A stretch of DNA of 63,573 nt, counting the filler, from Actinomycetota bacterium (GTDB lineage: Bacteria > Actinomycetota > CADDZG01 > JAHWKV01 > JAOPZY01), in the NCBI GenBank assembly GCA_025963875.1. It is 5 parts of 5 records of this genome, joined end to end, with 100 filler letters (N's around TTAATTAATTAA, not from the genome) between each part and the next. Parts side by side here need not be neighbours in the genome. Positions count along the whole stretch, not along the records: positions 6,737 to 33,753 come from JAOPZY010000207.1; 4 more parts are not named here. One strand, 5' to 3'. Made by a program: the position numbers and the translations under genes. The notes under the pieces were generated by a model. That model was not told where the DNA came from. It did no database searches and worked only from the letters and a program-made list of their open reading frames with translations. Positions 10,352 to 20,700 of the stretch are shown in pieces. The stretch's first letter is position 1; each line of letters begins with the position of its first letter.

Positions 10352-11227
10352 ATGAATAATCAACCAACGCAGGACATGCGGGGCAAGACGGTGGTGGTGA
10401 CGGGGGCGAGTGCCGGGATCGGGGCCGCCGCCGCCCGCCAGTTCGCCGACCTGGGCGCCACTGTGGCCGTGGTGGGCCGGTCGGCGCAGAAGACGGCCGC
10501 CGTCGCGGATGCGATCGGAGCCGAGGCTCACCTTGTGGACTACAGCCGCCTGGACGATGTACGCCGTCTTTCCGACGAACTGCTGGCCCGCTACCCCCGT
10601 ATCGACGTCCTGGCCAACAACGCGGGTGGCTTCTTCAAAGGCCGGAACATGAGCGCGGACGGTCACGAGATGACCTTCCAGGTCAATCACCTTGCGCCGT
10701 TCCTGCTGACGAACCTGCTGCGGGACCGGCTCATCGAGGCCCCTGAAGGCGCGCGGGTGATCAACACGGCCAGCAGCGCCTACCGCACGGGGCGCCTCGA
10801 CCTGGACGACCTCGACCGCGCTCTCGGCCGCTATAGCGGCTCGGGCGCCTACGCCGCGACCAAGCTCGCCAACATCCTGTTCACCCGGGAGCTCGCCCGG
10901 CGGATGCAGGGCACTGGCGTGACCACATCCGCCTTCCACCCGGGCAGCGTCGCCAGCGACATAGGGCGGGAAGGCGGTCTGAATCGACTGCTCTTTGGAT
11001 CGCGACTGTCCAAGGCCCTGCTCTCCACCCCCGCACAGGGCGCAGAGCCGCTCGTCCGCCTGGCCACGACCCTGGACACCCAAACGGTCAACGGCCAGTA
11101 CTTCCACCGCTTCAAGCTCGAAGAGCCCAAGAACAAGCAGGCCACTGACCCGCACCTGGCCCAGGAGCTGTGGGAGCGCTCCGCGCAGCTGACCGGCGTG
11201 GCGCACCTCCTCCTGAAGGACGCATGA
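10352..11227 (+). CDS. SDR oxidoreductase (retinol dehydrogenase-like)
   Basis: TGASAGIG, NNAG, VNHLAPFLLT, YAATK, HPGSV. Confidence 0.92.
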   Translation: MNNQPTQDMRGKTVVVTGASAGIGAAAARQFADLGATVAVVGRSAQKTAAVADAIGAEAHLVDYSRLDDVRRLSDELLARYPRIDVLANNAGGFFKGRNMSADGHEMTFQVNHLAPFLLTNLLRDRLIEAPEGARVINTASSAYRTGRLDLDDLDRALGRYSGSGAYAATKLANILFTRELARRMQGTGVTTSAFHPGSVASDIGREGGLNRLLFGSRLSKALLSTPAQGAEPLVRLATTLDTQTVNGQYFHRFKLEEPKNKQATDPHLAQELWERSAQLTGVAHLLLKDA

Positions 11228-11552
11228 CACGCTGACCAAGCCCCTCGCTTTGCGACCGCGCTGAGAGAGCACCGACGGGGCCAAGAGCAGCCCTGTCGGT
11301 GCTCTCTGAAAATCCGCTTGCTGCGAGGTCTTTCCGTAGCGCGAGGCCCGCTCACCATGTTCCGGGAAGTTGCGGACCCATCGCTGGACCGTGCGCAGGA
11401 CAAGGTCGCAAGGCCTCGGACGCAGAGATCGAGATTGAGCTGGACCGTCTGCTCGACATTGATCCCGGATGAATGTTTGGCGGTTTGGGCTCCCTGCGAT
11501 GCTGCGTTAAACCATACGAAATACAAAGCACGCTCTTGCGTGGCCTTAAGAT

Positions 11553-11603
11553 CCTTCTTTGTATGAAAAAGCATGAATATCCTGCTTAAACATACAAAGA
11601 AGG
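11553..11603. repeat. AT-rich palindromic element, copy 1 (copy 2 at 62413-62461)
   Basis: CCTTCTTTGTATG-N25-CATACAAAGAAGG; 49-bp core with the same length and ends as copy 2. Confidence 0.8.
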
Positions 11604-11621
11604 GCTATCAGCGCCCGGCTA

Positions 11622-13430
11622 CTACCCGGACGCGGGGCCCGGCGCTCCGGGCCATGGAGCGAACGGGTTCTTCGGGTTCATCAGCTGGGCCACCTCGGGG
11701 TAGTGACGGGCGATCACCGACGCCATCCCGTTGCTCTCGATCCAGCGGAAGCCCACGGGCGTGTAGACTTGGGGCGTGAAGTCGGTGGTGAAGAAGCGGT
11801 CGCTACGCAGGCGTCGGGACGCCATCAGGATGAAGATGCGGAAGGCGGTGTCCGAGAAGCCGAAGCCCTTCGGGAGCGGCTCGGCGAACATCCCCACCGT
11901 GGCGTCCACCCGGTCGATATCCCCCTCGTAGACGTCCTCGAGCTCCTTGGCCCACGCCGGGTTGTCGCATAGCTCGGAGAACGTCGCGAAGCGGCGCATG
12001 TGGAGGAGCTCCCGGAAGTCGTTGTGCCGGGGGACCCCCCGCTCGCGCGCCCGCAGGATGTCGGTGGCGGCCAGGTCGATCTGGGTGCCGTCGGCTCTCT
12101 TGAACTCCTGAAGGAACCTCGGGAAGTTGTGCAGCCGCAGGGCGCCGGGGTACGAGGTGCCGAAGGAGTACAGGAGGTCCGGCATCGGGATGCCCTCGAG
12201 GACGTCGCGGGCGCCGGGGCCTGCGATGTCGCGGAACGTCTTCTCCGCGATGGTGTCCCGCGTGCCGGCGGTGCGGAACGTGAAGTCGTCCGGGATGAGC
12301 GGGTGCATGCGGTAGACCTGAACGAACTCCTCGGTGAGGGAGTAGGGCGCCCCGTCGTGGTCCTTCTTCGAGCCGGGGATGCCGGTAAGGATCTCGTTGC
12401 GCAGGGGCAGGAGGAGCCTGCGCAACGACGGCGGCACCACGCCGTACCAGTTGATGTGCATGGCGGCCTGCGACGTCGGGTGCGTGATGATGGCCGGCGT
12501 CCACTCGACGGTATGGATCTTCGCGAGCAGGGCAGCGTTGATCAGCCTGGCCCGCGCATAGAGCTGGTCGTCGTCCCAGGAGGGATAGGCCTTCCGGAGC
12601 TCGTCGCAGATCGCGTTGTGCTCCTGCATGAAGAGGCTGTGCAGGATCCCGAGGCCGAGCCACCAGTTGCCCTGGACCCCGGCCAGGTCGATGCCGGGAT
12701 GGGGGGCGCTGGGGTCGACCGGGATCAGGCCCTTGGCGTCGAGGTTGACTTTGCCGTCTTCGCCGCTTCGTAGCAGCTTGCCGAAGTTGGGGTCGCTGCC
12801 GTAGATCTGCGAAGCGTCCCACCAGTGGGTCTCAGTGTTGGTGTAGGTGGGCGGCAGGCCGTCGTCGGCCGAGGTCCGCGACGGATCCCGGCGGGTCCTC
12901 GGGATCGTCATCGGCTTGTAGGGCCACGGGTCGGCGTCCTCGAGCGGCACCACCCAGGGGTCCTCCGGTTCGTTGCTGCCATGGCTCATCCAGTCGTGGA
13001 CCATGAACTGCAGCCAGGCGGGCACCAGGAGGTTGCAGATCGTGGCGGGTTGGAACGTGGTGCGGGTGAGCAGCACCGTGCTCACGGTCCGCGGATTGGG
13101 GGACATGATGCCGGTCCCGGGCTCGGGGTGGGTCATGTCGAGTGGGACGTTGCGACCGAACCTGGCCTCGACCGCGCCCATCCGGGGACTCTGGAGGTCG
13201 TTGTAGGTACCGTCGACGCTGCGGACCTCGAAATCCGCCAGTGCCGGCGGGGCCGGCGTGGGCGATGCCTCCGGGGTATTGGTGTCGACGAGATTCGTTG
13301 CCCGAAGCGTCTCGCGCACTCCCGCCAGCGTGACAATGCCCAACGGGAGCGGAAGCTTGTCCCATCCGTACCTGCGGTCCAGCCGGTTACCGACACCGGA
13401 CAGAACACGGGAAAACAGCGAAGTCCCCAT
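11622..13430 (-). CDS. Heme peroxidase of the peroxidase-cyclooxygenase superfamily, fatty-acid alpha-dioxygenase-like
   Basis: RSVDGTYNDL, WLQFMVHDW, THWWDASQIYG, IHTVEWT, YRMHPLIPD, MASRRLRSDRFFT. Confidence 0.92.
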   Translation of the reverse strand: MGTSLFSRVLSGVGNRLDRRYGWDKLPLPLGIVTLAGVRETLRATNLVDTNTPEASPTPAPPALADFEVRSVDGTYNDLQSPRMGAVEARFGRNVPLDMTHPEPGTGIMSPNPRTVSTVLLTRTTFQPATICNLLVPAWLQFMVHDWMSHGSNEPEDPWVVPLEDADPWPYKPMTIPRTRRDPSRTSADDGLPPTYTNTETHWWDASQIYGSDPNFGKLLRSGEDGKVNLDAKGLIPVDPSAPHPGIDLAGVQGNWWLGLGILHSLFMQEHNAICDELRKAYPSWDDDQLYARARLINAALLAKIHTVEWTPAIITHPTSQAAMHINWYGVVPPSLRRLLLPLRNEILTGIPGSKKDHDGAPYSLTEEFVQVYRMHPLIPDDFTFRTAGTRDTIAEKTFRDIAGPGARDVLEGIPMPDLLYSFGTSYPGALRLHNFPRFLQEFKRADGTQIDLAATDILRARERGVPRHNDFRELLHMRRFATFSELCDNPAWAKELEDVYEGDIDRVDATVGMFAEPLPKGFGFSDTAFRIFILMASRRLRSDRFFTTDFTPQVYTPVGFRWIESNGMASVIARHYPEVAQLMNPKNPFAPWPGAPGPASG

Positions 13431-13564
13431 CACTGCCTCTGTTCTTTCGTAGACCGAACGGCTGAATTGCCGCCACGATAAAGCACTTCAGACGTTGGTT
13501 CAATGTGGTAAGTCAAACGTTCAATAGTTCGAATAGTTCAAGGGACGTGGGGAAGCCCCAGACG

Positions 13565-14623
13565 ATGAGCGCTGTGGAACGGTCCTCCGCGGACTGGGTC
13601 GCCGTCGTGGTCGAGCGGGCCACCGGTGTCGCAGCTCGCCGCATCTCCGTCGAACGGCGGGCGGGCCACGCCTCCGTCCGCACGTACTGGCGTGCCCGAT
13701 GGGACGACGGTGGCCCGGCGTCCGCGCTCGTCATGGTGCTGCCGCCCGACGCGCCACCGGAGGAGATCGGCAAAGGGGGTCCGACCGGCCCCGCTCCCTT
13801 CGTCGACGTGCAGCGCTATCTCGCCCGCATCGGCGTGCGGGTGCCCCGCATCCTGGACTGGAGCCAGAAGGAGGGCTTCGTCGTGCTGGAGGACCTGGGC
13901 GACGAGATGATGGTGTCCCGGCTGGCCGCCGGCGATGCACGAGAGCCGCTCTACCGCGCCGCCGTCGACCAGCTCGCCAGGATGCGCCTGGCGGCGGACG
14001 CGGCGCCCGATCCCGATTGCATCGCCTTTCAGCGGCGTTACGACCACGACGTGTACCGATGGGAGCTGGAGCATTTTCTCGAATGGGTGCTGGCGGCGTG
14101 GAAGGAGGCCGGGATGTCGGCATCGGAGCGACACCTGGTGGACCGGTGCTTCGACGAGATGGCCCGGCGGCTGGCCGGCGAGCCCGCAGGTTTCACCCAC
14201 CGCGACTACCAGTCCCGCAACATCATGGTGCTGGACGGTGGCGAGCAGGCAGTGATCGACTTTCAGGATGCCCTGCTGGGGCCCCGCCAGTACGACCTCG
14301 TCTCGCTCCTGCGGGACAGCTACGTCACGCTCGACCAGCAGTTCATCGGGCGCATGGTCCGTCGTTACCTGGTGGTCACGGCCGGCGGAGGCGGGGCGGA
14401 GATGGACGAGGGGCAGTTCCGGGAAGTCTTCGACCTCCTCACGATCCAGCGCAAGCTCAAGGATGCAGGCCGCTTCGTGTACATCGACCGCGTGAAGGGC
14501 AACCCGGACTTCCTGCGGTTCGTGCCCGTCGCCCTCGGCTACGTCCGCGAAGCCTTCCTCCGGCTGCCCGCGTTGGCGGACCTCCAGGCGGTGCTGTCGC
14601 GCTACGTGCCGGAACTGGCCTAG
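13565..14623 (+). CDS. APH-fold phosphotransferase, AmgK (MurNAc/GlcNAc anomeric kinase)-like
   Basis: GHASVRTYWR, LEDLGD, HRDYQSRNIM, IDFQDALLGPRQYDLVSLLRDSY, QRKLKDAGRF. Confidence 0.82.
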   Translation: MSAVERSSADWVAVVVERATGVAARRISVERRAGHASVRTYWRARWDDGGPASALVMVLPPDAPPEEIGKGGPTGPAPFVDVQRYLARIGVRVPRILDWSQKEGFVVLEDLGDEMMVSRLAAGDAREPLYRAAVDQLARMRLAADAAPDPDCIAFQRRYDHDVYRWELEHFLEWVLAAWKEAGMSASERHLVDRCFDEMARRLAGEPAGFTHRDYQSRNIMVLDGGEQAVIDFQDALLGPRQYDLVSLLRDSYVTLDQQFIGRMVRRYLVVTAGGGGAEMDEGQFREVFDLLTIQRKLKDAGRFVYIDRVKGNPDFLRFVPVALGYVREAFLRLPALADLQAVLSRYVPELA

Positions 14624-14868
14624 TCGATCTCTTCGTCGATGACCCGGCGGCGCCGGCGTGCGGGAGCGACACCGTCGTTGTAGACAGCCTGCCGGTGGAA
14701 GCCGCCCCAGCTGCCCCAGAAGACCATCGACATGACGAGGCCGATCACACCCACGACCATGAGGATCAGACCGACGGTGTGGATGTTGAACCCCGGTGTG
14801 TTGACGTAGACCGCGAAGTCGAGGATCGCCCCGACGGCGATCAGGAAGATGCTCGTTCCGAGACCCAT
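14620..14868 (-). CDS. Small actinobacterial membrane protein (DUF6458-like)
   Basis: MGLGTSIFLIAVGAILDFAV...VGLILMVVGVIGLV; AGGAGG RBS. Confidence 0.8.
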   Translation of the reverse strand: MGLGTSIFLIAVGAILDFAVYVNTPGFNIHTVGLILMVVGVIGLVMSMVFWGSWGGFHRQAVYNDGVAPARRRRRVIDEEID

Positions 14869-14963
14869 CCCACCCTCCTTGATAAGCCAGGTTCTATGGG
14901 CCCTATGTACCCGGGAGCCGCCAGCGTCAACCGTTGTGGTTGCCGGGCGTCTTTTCGGGCGCC

Positions 14964-15686
14964 TTATGGGCGCCGGGAGTCGTCGCTCAGGTCGATGATC
15001 CCCTCGCGGACGGCGACGGCGACCGCCTCGAGTTTCGAATGTGCGCCGAGCTTCGAAAGGATGGACTGGACGTGCTTGCGGACGGTGTTGACCGAGAGGA
15101 AGAGCTGATCCGCCACCGTGGAGTTCTGGGAGCCCTGTGCCAGCAGGTTCAGGACCTCCCGCTCGCGGTCGGTGAGGCTCGAGCCGACTCCCCGGTAGTC
15201 CCGCCGCAGCTTCGGCAGGAGGCGGGCAAGCATGGCCGGTGAGATCAGGGCCTCGCCGGCGTGGGCTGCCCGCACGGCCGAGATCGCCTCGCCCACCGCC
15301 GAATCCTTGGTGATGTAGCCGGAGCAGCCGGCCTCGATGGCTGCGACGAGGATCGCATCGTCGGGGAAGCCGGTGAGCATGACGATCTTGATGTCGGGGT
15401 TCTCCTCGCGGATGAAGCGGGCGGCGTCGGTGCCGAGGCCGTCCGGGAGCCGGTAGTCCATCAGCACCACGTCGGGCAGGTAGCGGCGGGCCTTCAACCG
15501 CGCCTCCGCCACTGACGCCGCGGTGGCGACCACCGTCATGTCGGACTCCTCCTCGAGCACCATGAGCAGGCTCTCCGTGAGGAGCTGGTGATCGTCCACG
15601 ACCATGACCTTGATCTGCGTCCGCGCCTCGGCGGCCTCGCTTTCCGGGAGTTCGTTCAACCGCTTCCTCGCGTTCGTGGTTCGCAC
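14964..15686 (-). CDS. NarL/LuxR-family response regulator
   Basis: VVDDH, PDVVLMDYRLP, LTDREREVL, TVRKHVQSILSKLG. Confidence 0.95.
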   Translation of the reverse strand: MRTTNARKRLNELPESEAAEARTQIKVMVVDDHQLLTESLLMVLEEESDMTVVATAASVAEARLKARRYLPDVVLMDYRLPDGLGTDAARFIREENPDIKIVMLTGFPDDAILVAAIEAGCSGYITKDSAVGEAISAVRAAHAGEALISPAMLARLLPKLRRDYRGVGSSLTDREREVLNLLAQGSQNSTVADQLFLSVNTVRKHVQSILSKLGAHSKLEAVAVAVREGIIDLSDDSRRP

Positions 15687-15727
15687 AGGATAGTCCTTCC
15701 AGTCCTTCCGGTCGTGTCACCGCCAAT

Positions 15728-16435
15728 TCACGAACCTCCCGTATCGACCCCCTCGTCGACCCCGGGCATTCGAGGTACCCACACCTGGACGCTCGTGCCA
15801 CGTCCCGGTTCGCTCTCCACCCGGCACGAGCCACCGATTGCTTCCGCGCGATCCCGCACGAAGCGCAGGCCAAGGCCGCTCCGGCTGGTGCTGAAGCCCT
15901 GCCCGTCGTCCTCGACGCGCAGCGTGAACCCCCGGGCGTCGTCCGAGAGCACGACCGTGACCGTGGAGGCCGCGGCGTGCTTGGCGACGTTGCTCAGCAC
16001 CTCCTGCCCCGCCCGGTAGAGGACAAGGCGGCTCTGCTCACACGGCTGGGTGGAAAAGCCGTCCACGAGGCGCACGGCGATGCCGGCGTCGAGCTCCATC
16101 TGCGCGAGGTAGTCCCCGAGCGCCCGGGCCAGGGTCGTTCCGTCCAGCGCCACCGGGCGCAGCTCGAACGTCAGCCGCCGGAGTCGCTGCACCACCAGCT
16201 TCAGCATCCGCTCCAGCGACTGGCAGGACTCCCGGTCGGCGGGCGAGGTGAGCCTGCGGCCGAGCAGCTGCAGGCGCATGTAGGCGGCGGAAATGGTCTG
16301 GATCGTGTCGTCGTGGATCTCGGCGGCCAGACGCCGGCGTTCCTCCTCCTGCATGTACAACAGGCGCCCGACCACGAAGGCCGGCGGGCTGGGACCCGAC
16401 GTCTCCTCGTCCTGAGTCACGATGGTCGCCTCCAA
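15728..16435 (-). CDS. Cytoplasmic HisKA_3 histidine kinase without a sensor domain
   Basis: EEERRRLAAEIHD, QEVLSNVAKHA, EDDGQGF, GLGL. Confidence 0.9.
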   Translation of the reverse strand: MEATIVTQDEETSGPSPPAFVVGRLLYMQEEERRRLAAEIHDDTIQTISAAYMRLQLLGRRLTSPADRESCQSLERMLKLVVQRLRRLTFELRPVALDGTTLARALGDYLAQMELDAGIAVRLVDGFSTQPCEQSRLVLYRAGQEVLSNVAKHAAASTVTVVLSDDARGFTLRVEDDGQGFSTSRSGLGLRFVRDRAEAIGGSCRVESEPGRGTSVQVWVPRMPGVDEGVDTGGS

Positions 16436-16617
16436 ACGGTTTCGGGGGTTTGCCTGAATAGGAGATTGTCATGATAGAGCACCGTAGGGGTGCGGTTTGG
16501 GGTGGGCAATTGTAACGAAGTTTTGTCGTTTGCTAGGACTGCCACTACCGGCAGGAATGTCCTAGTTGGTCAGCAAATCGGAACTGTGTTTGATTAGTAA
16601 TTCTTAATGGTTTTGTC

Positions 16618-17634
16618 GTGAAAACATCCGCCAACTGGCGGATGTGCTCTCAGCGTTCTGCCACCAAACTTCGCAGCGTGATCGTGGATCCGCGCAATGG
16701 TGCAGGGTGGGAGGCCGTTGACACGGCGAACTCCTGCCGTCCCTTTCGAGCCCTGACCCTTCCGCGCCGGGAGCTTGATTTCCCGGCGGAATACTCGCTC
16801 GGGACGCTGTCGCTCCGCGGCCCGGGCCGGCGCAGGGCTTCGCGCACGGCCCGCCACGGGTGGGGCGCCGGTTGGAGGGAGTTCCGCGAAGCCCGCGGCC
16901 ACGTTCGGGTGCCGGCGGGCAACCAGCTCAAGCTCGAGGCCTGGCAGCCCTGGCCCGACCCGGCCGCCCTCGAACGCCTCGGCCCGATGGACCTGCAGGC
17001 CTTGATCCTGGGGGGCCGTGCCGCCTCGGAGGCCGCCCTGGCTTCCCTTGGCCATCTGAGCGGACTCGAGCTGCTCGACCTGTGGACGGGGCGCGTCGGG
17101 GACGAGGCAATGCCATTCGTCGTCCGCCTCCCGCGCCTGCGGGTCCTCGACCTCTGGGGGACCCGGGTGACCGATGCCGGCCTCCAGTGCCTGCGCCCGT
17201 TCGGGGGCCTCCGCCACCTCACCGTTCCGCGCCGGACCGGCGACGCCGCCATGCAGTGTCTCGGCGAGCTCGTCGGGCTTCGGGAACTGGATCTGTCCGG
17301 CTCGGCGGTGACCGACGCCGGGCTCGGCTTCCTTTCCGGCGCGCATTCGCTGATGGCCCTCACCCTCTGGGACACCCGCGTCACCGACGCCGGCCTCCGG
17401 CACCTTCGGGAGCTTCCGTCATTGGTGGAACTCGACCTCGGCGCCACTGCCATCACCGATCAAGGCCTTGCAGAGCTCGCCGACCTGCCGTTGCGCTGGC
17501 TGTCCCTGCGCGATGCGCTCGTGACCCCGGAGGGCCTCCGGGCGTTGCAGGAGGCGCTCCCCGGATGCCGCGTGGAGCCCGCCGAATCCGAGGGATGCAC
17601 CTGGCGACCGCCAGCCGCGGGGAGACTCGCCTAA
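16618..17634 (+). CDS. Leucine-rich repeat protein
   Basis: Several ~24-aa repeats such as LRVLDLWGTRVTDAGL, LRELDLSGSAVTDAGL, LVELDLGATAITDQGL; start uncertain. Confidence 0.85.
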   Translation: MKTSANWRMCSQRSATKLRSVIVDPRNGAGWEAVDTANSCRPFRALTLPRRELDFPAEYSLGTLSLRGPGRRRASRTARHGWGAGWREFREARGHVRVPAGNQLKLEAWQPWPDPAALERLGPMDLQALILGGRAASEAALASLGHLSGLELLDLWTGRVGDEAMPFVVRLPRLRVLDLWGTRVTDAGLQCLRPFGGLRHLTVPRRTGDAAMQCLGELVGLRELDLSGSAVTDAGLGFLSGAHSLMALTLWDTRVTDAGLRHLRELPSLVELDLGATAITDQGLAELADLPLRWLSLRDALVTPEGLRALQEALPGCRVEPAESEGCTWRPPAAGRLA

Positions 17635-17762
17635 AGCCCCGCCCGGCCCGGCCCCTGGTCCGAAGTTGGGAACGAATCGCGCGTCTACGCGCGCTGGGCT
17701 CCCAACCTCCTCCTCCGGCCCCTAGGAAAACCTCCTCGCTTCGCAGCGGAGGTGAAGGCTGC

Positions 17763-20700
17763 TCAGCCTGCGGCAGCACCCGGTCCGCTCGGGCGCTCGG
17801 CACCGGCGGCCCTGAGCGCCAGCTCGACCCGGGAGGTGACCCCCAGCTTCTCGAGCGCGTGCGACACGTGCGACTGCACCGTGCGTGCCGAGATGCCGAG
17901 CCGGCGGGCGATCTCGGGGTTCGAGATGCCCTCTGCGACCAGCCAGGCCACCCGACGCTCCGCCGGGGTGAGGGAGTCCCAGCGGCCCGTTCTCGTTTTC
18001 GCCGCTCTCGCCGCTCGGGCTGGTTTCGCCGGTTTGGCGGATGCCCCCGATGTCGCCGCTCTCACGGGCCGATCCCTGGGGTCCAACGACTCCCACACCC
18101 GGCGCAGGCGGGTCTCGGCGCGGGTGGCATCGCCCGTCGCATCCATCTCCCGGTAGAGCTCCAGGGCCTCCTCCGCCAGCGGCCGGGCGTCCATGGTCGT
18201 GTCGGCGTCCAGCAGGGCCGCGGCGGCGTCCTCGCAGGCGCGGGCGAGCTCACGCCGGCGCGGGCTGAGGCGGCAGGCGGCGACCGCCTGCAGGGCGACC
18301 CCCATGTCGGCGGACAGCTGCGCCCGGCAACGCAGGGCAGCGCCCTTGACGCTCGCCACACCGGCCGAGACGGCGAGCGCCTCCACGGCGAGCGTCACCT
18401 CCTCCGCCAGGGCCCGCCGGTGGCCCTCGACGGCCATCCGGACGAGATCGGGGCCGATCACCGGGTACTCGGCCGCCACCCCCGCCCGGCTGCAGAGCGA
18501 CCACGCCAGCGCCAGGGTCGTGAGTGCCTCTTCGGGGCGCCCCTCGGCCTCGAGGAGCAGGGCCCGGGCCCACATCATCCAGTCGGGCCGCCACTGCGGT
18601 CCGTTGGTTGCCGCTTCGGTCTCCGCTGCGGTCGCCTCCCGCTCGGCCGTCGCGAGGTCCCCGCGGTGCACGGCGATCAGCGATCGCAGGCTGTGGCCCA
18701 CGAGGGTGCCGCGCCGGATGCCGGTCGTCTCCGCCAGGTCGAGGCCCAGGGCAAGGGCGGCGATGGCGTCGTCCCACTCTCCCGACCAGAAGTAGCCGAC
18801 CGCCGAGATGAACTGGTCGGTGGGATGGCTCCACGCAGCTCCCCGCTCACGGCGGAACATCCTCCAGTGCAGCAGGGTCCCCTGGGCGGCCTCGAGGCTG
18901 TCGAGGTCCATCAGCGTGGCCGCCAGGTTGAGGACCGGCTGGATGGGCTGGGACGGCGCCGTCGCGCCGAGGGCGATGCGCTGGAGAGACTGGCGCGCCA
19001 GGCGGAGCGCCTCCGGGAACTCCCCACGGAGATGCCGCACCACCGCGAGGTTGCCGAGGGCGACGCCGGCGCCGACCTCGTCCCCGAGGTCCTCGGAGGC
19101 TTCCAACGCCCGGTACGCGGTCTCGACGGCTCCGGGGAGGTCCCACGTGATGGCCCGGCACGTGGAGGACCAGGCCCACAGCCGGGCACGTTCGGGCTTG
19201 GTCAGCGACCCCCCGGCGACGGCACGCTCCACCTCCTGGAGCCCCTCCTCGATCCTCCCCTGGCCGATGGCGGCCTCGATCAGGTACTGGCGCAGCCTCC
19301 CGTCGACCGACAGGTCGTGGTCCCGGCCGAGCGCCTCGCGGCAGACGGCCTCCGCATCGGCGGGGTGCCCGGAGCGGAGCTGGTACATGGCGAGGTCGGC
19401 AAGGGCGGTGTCGCGGTGCGGGTCGGTGGCCGGGGCCCGCTCCAGGAACCGCTGCAGCAGCTCGGCCGCCACGGTCGGCGACCGTGTCTCCGCCTGGCGT
19501 GCGGCGGCGCGGAGCCACTCGACCGCAAGGAGGTCGCCCGGGGGTGCCCCCCGGACGATGTGCTCGGCGAGTTCGTCGGCGGTCCGCCCCGAGTCCGTGA
19601 GGACGCGGGCGACGGCGAGGTGCCACCACCCACGGAGGGCGGCCGGCATCTCCTGGTACAGGGCGTCACGGATCAGGTCGTGGCGGAAGGCAAGGTTCGA
19701 GCCGTCCTCCCCCAGGATCCCGGCGCGGACCGACGCCGTCAGGATGGGGGTCAGCGCCGGTACCCGGCGACCCGTTGCCGCTGCAAGGTCGGCGACCGAG
19801 AAGCTGGACCCCAGGATCGACGCCACCTGGAGGGTCTCGAGCGCCTCCTCGGACAGGAACGTGAGCCGTTGCATGATCGCGCTCGTCAGCGACGGCGGGA
19901 GGGGGACGGACCCCACCTCCGCCCTGCCCCCGTGCTCGGTGAGGGCACCCTGGCGCTGCAGCGAGGCGACGAGCTCGGTGGCGAAGAAGGGGTTCCCCCC
20001 GGCCCGCGAGAGCTCCCCCAGCAGCCCCGGCCCGGGCGGCATGCCGACCATGCCCTCCACGAGCTCCGCAACCGATGCCTCGTCGAGGCGGTGCAGGGAC
20101 AGGCGGAGCGCACCGCGGGTGGTGAGCCCGTCGAGAAGCGCCTGCAGATCGGTACCCCTCGGCACCGGCCGGAGGGTGGCGATGAGCACGACGGGCAGCT
20201 TCGAGATCTCACGGCCGAGACGGTTCAGCGCCAGCACCGTCGACGGGTCGGACCACTGCAGGTCCTCGAGGGCAACCAGGACGGGTCCGGCTGCCGAGAG
20301 CTGCTCGACGAAGTCGACGAGCGCGTCCACGATGCGGAACTCCGCCTCGGCGCCACCCGGCAGGACCGTGGTCCGGGGAGCTTGCTCCCTCCCGCCGGTC
20401 GGAAGGTCATCGTCCTCGGTGTCGGGAGTCTCGGCGGCGCCGGCCGGAGGCGGCTGGGTCTCGGCGGTGTCGGCGGCAAGCAGCTTCGTCTCGGCGGTGT
20501 CGCCCGCCAGCATCTGGGCCAGCTCGGTCCTTCGCTCGTCCTCGCCGGCGAACGTGACCCCGGTCCCCCGCCCGCGCCGGCCGATCCCGAGCGATTCGGC
20601 GATGGCACCGAAGGGACGGTGACGCTCCAGTTCCTCGGCGCTCCCGGCGAAGCAGCGGAACCCCATCGCCTCGGCACTGACGAGGGCCTCCTCCAGGAGG

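Noticed and set aside
13519..13541. GTTCAATA-GTTCGAATA-GTTCAA repeat upstream of the AmgK-like gene
   Set aside because: Spacing fits neither a LexA box nor 11-nt PHO boxes; too short to call.
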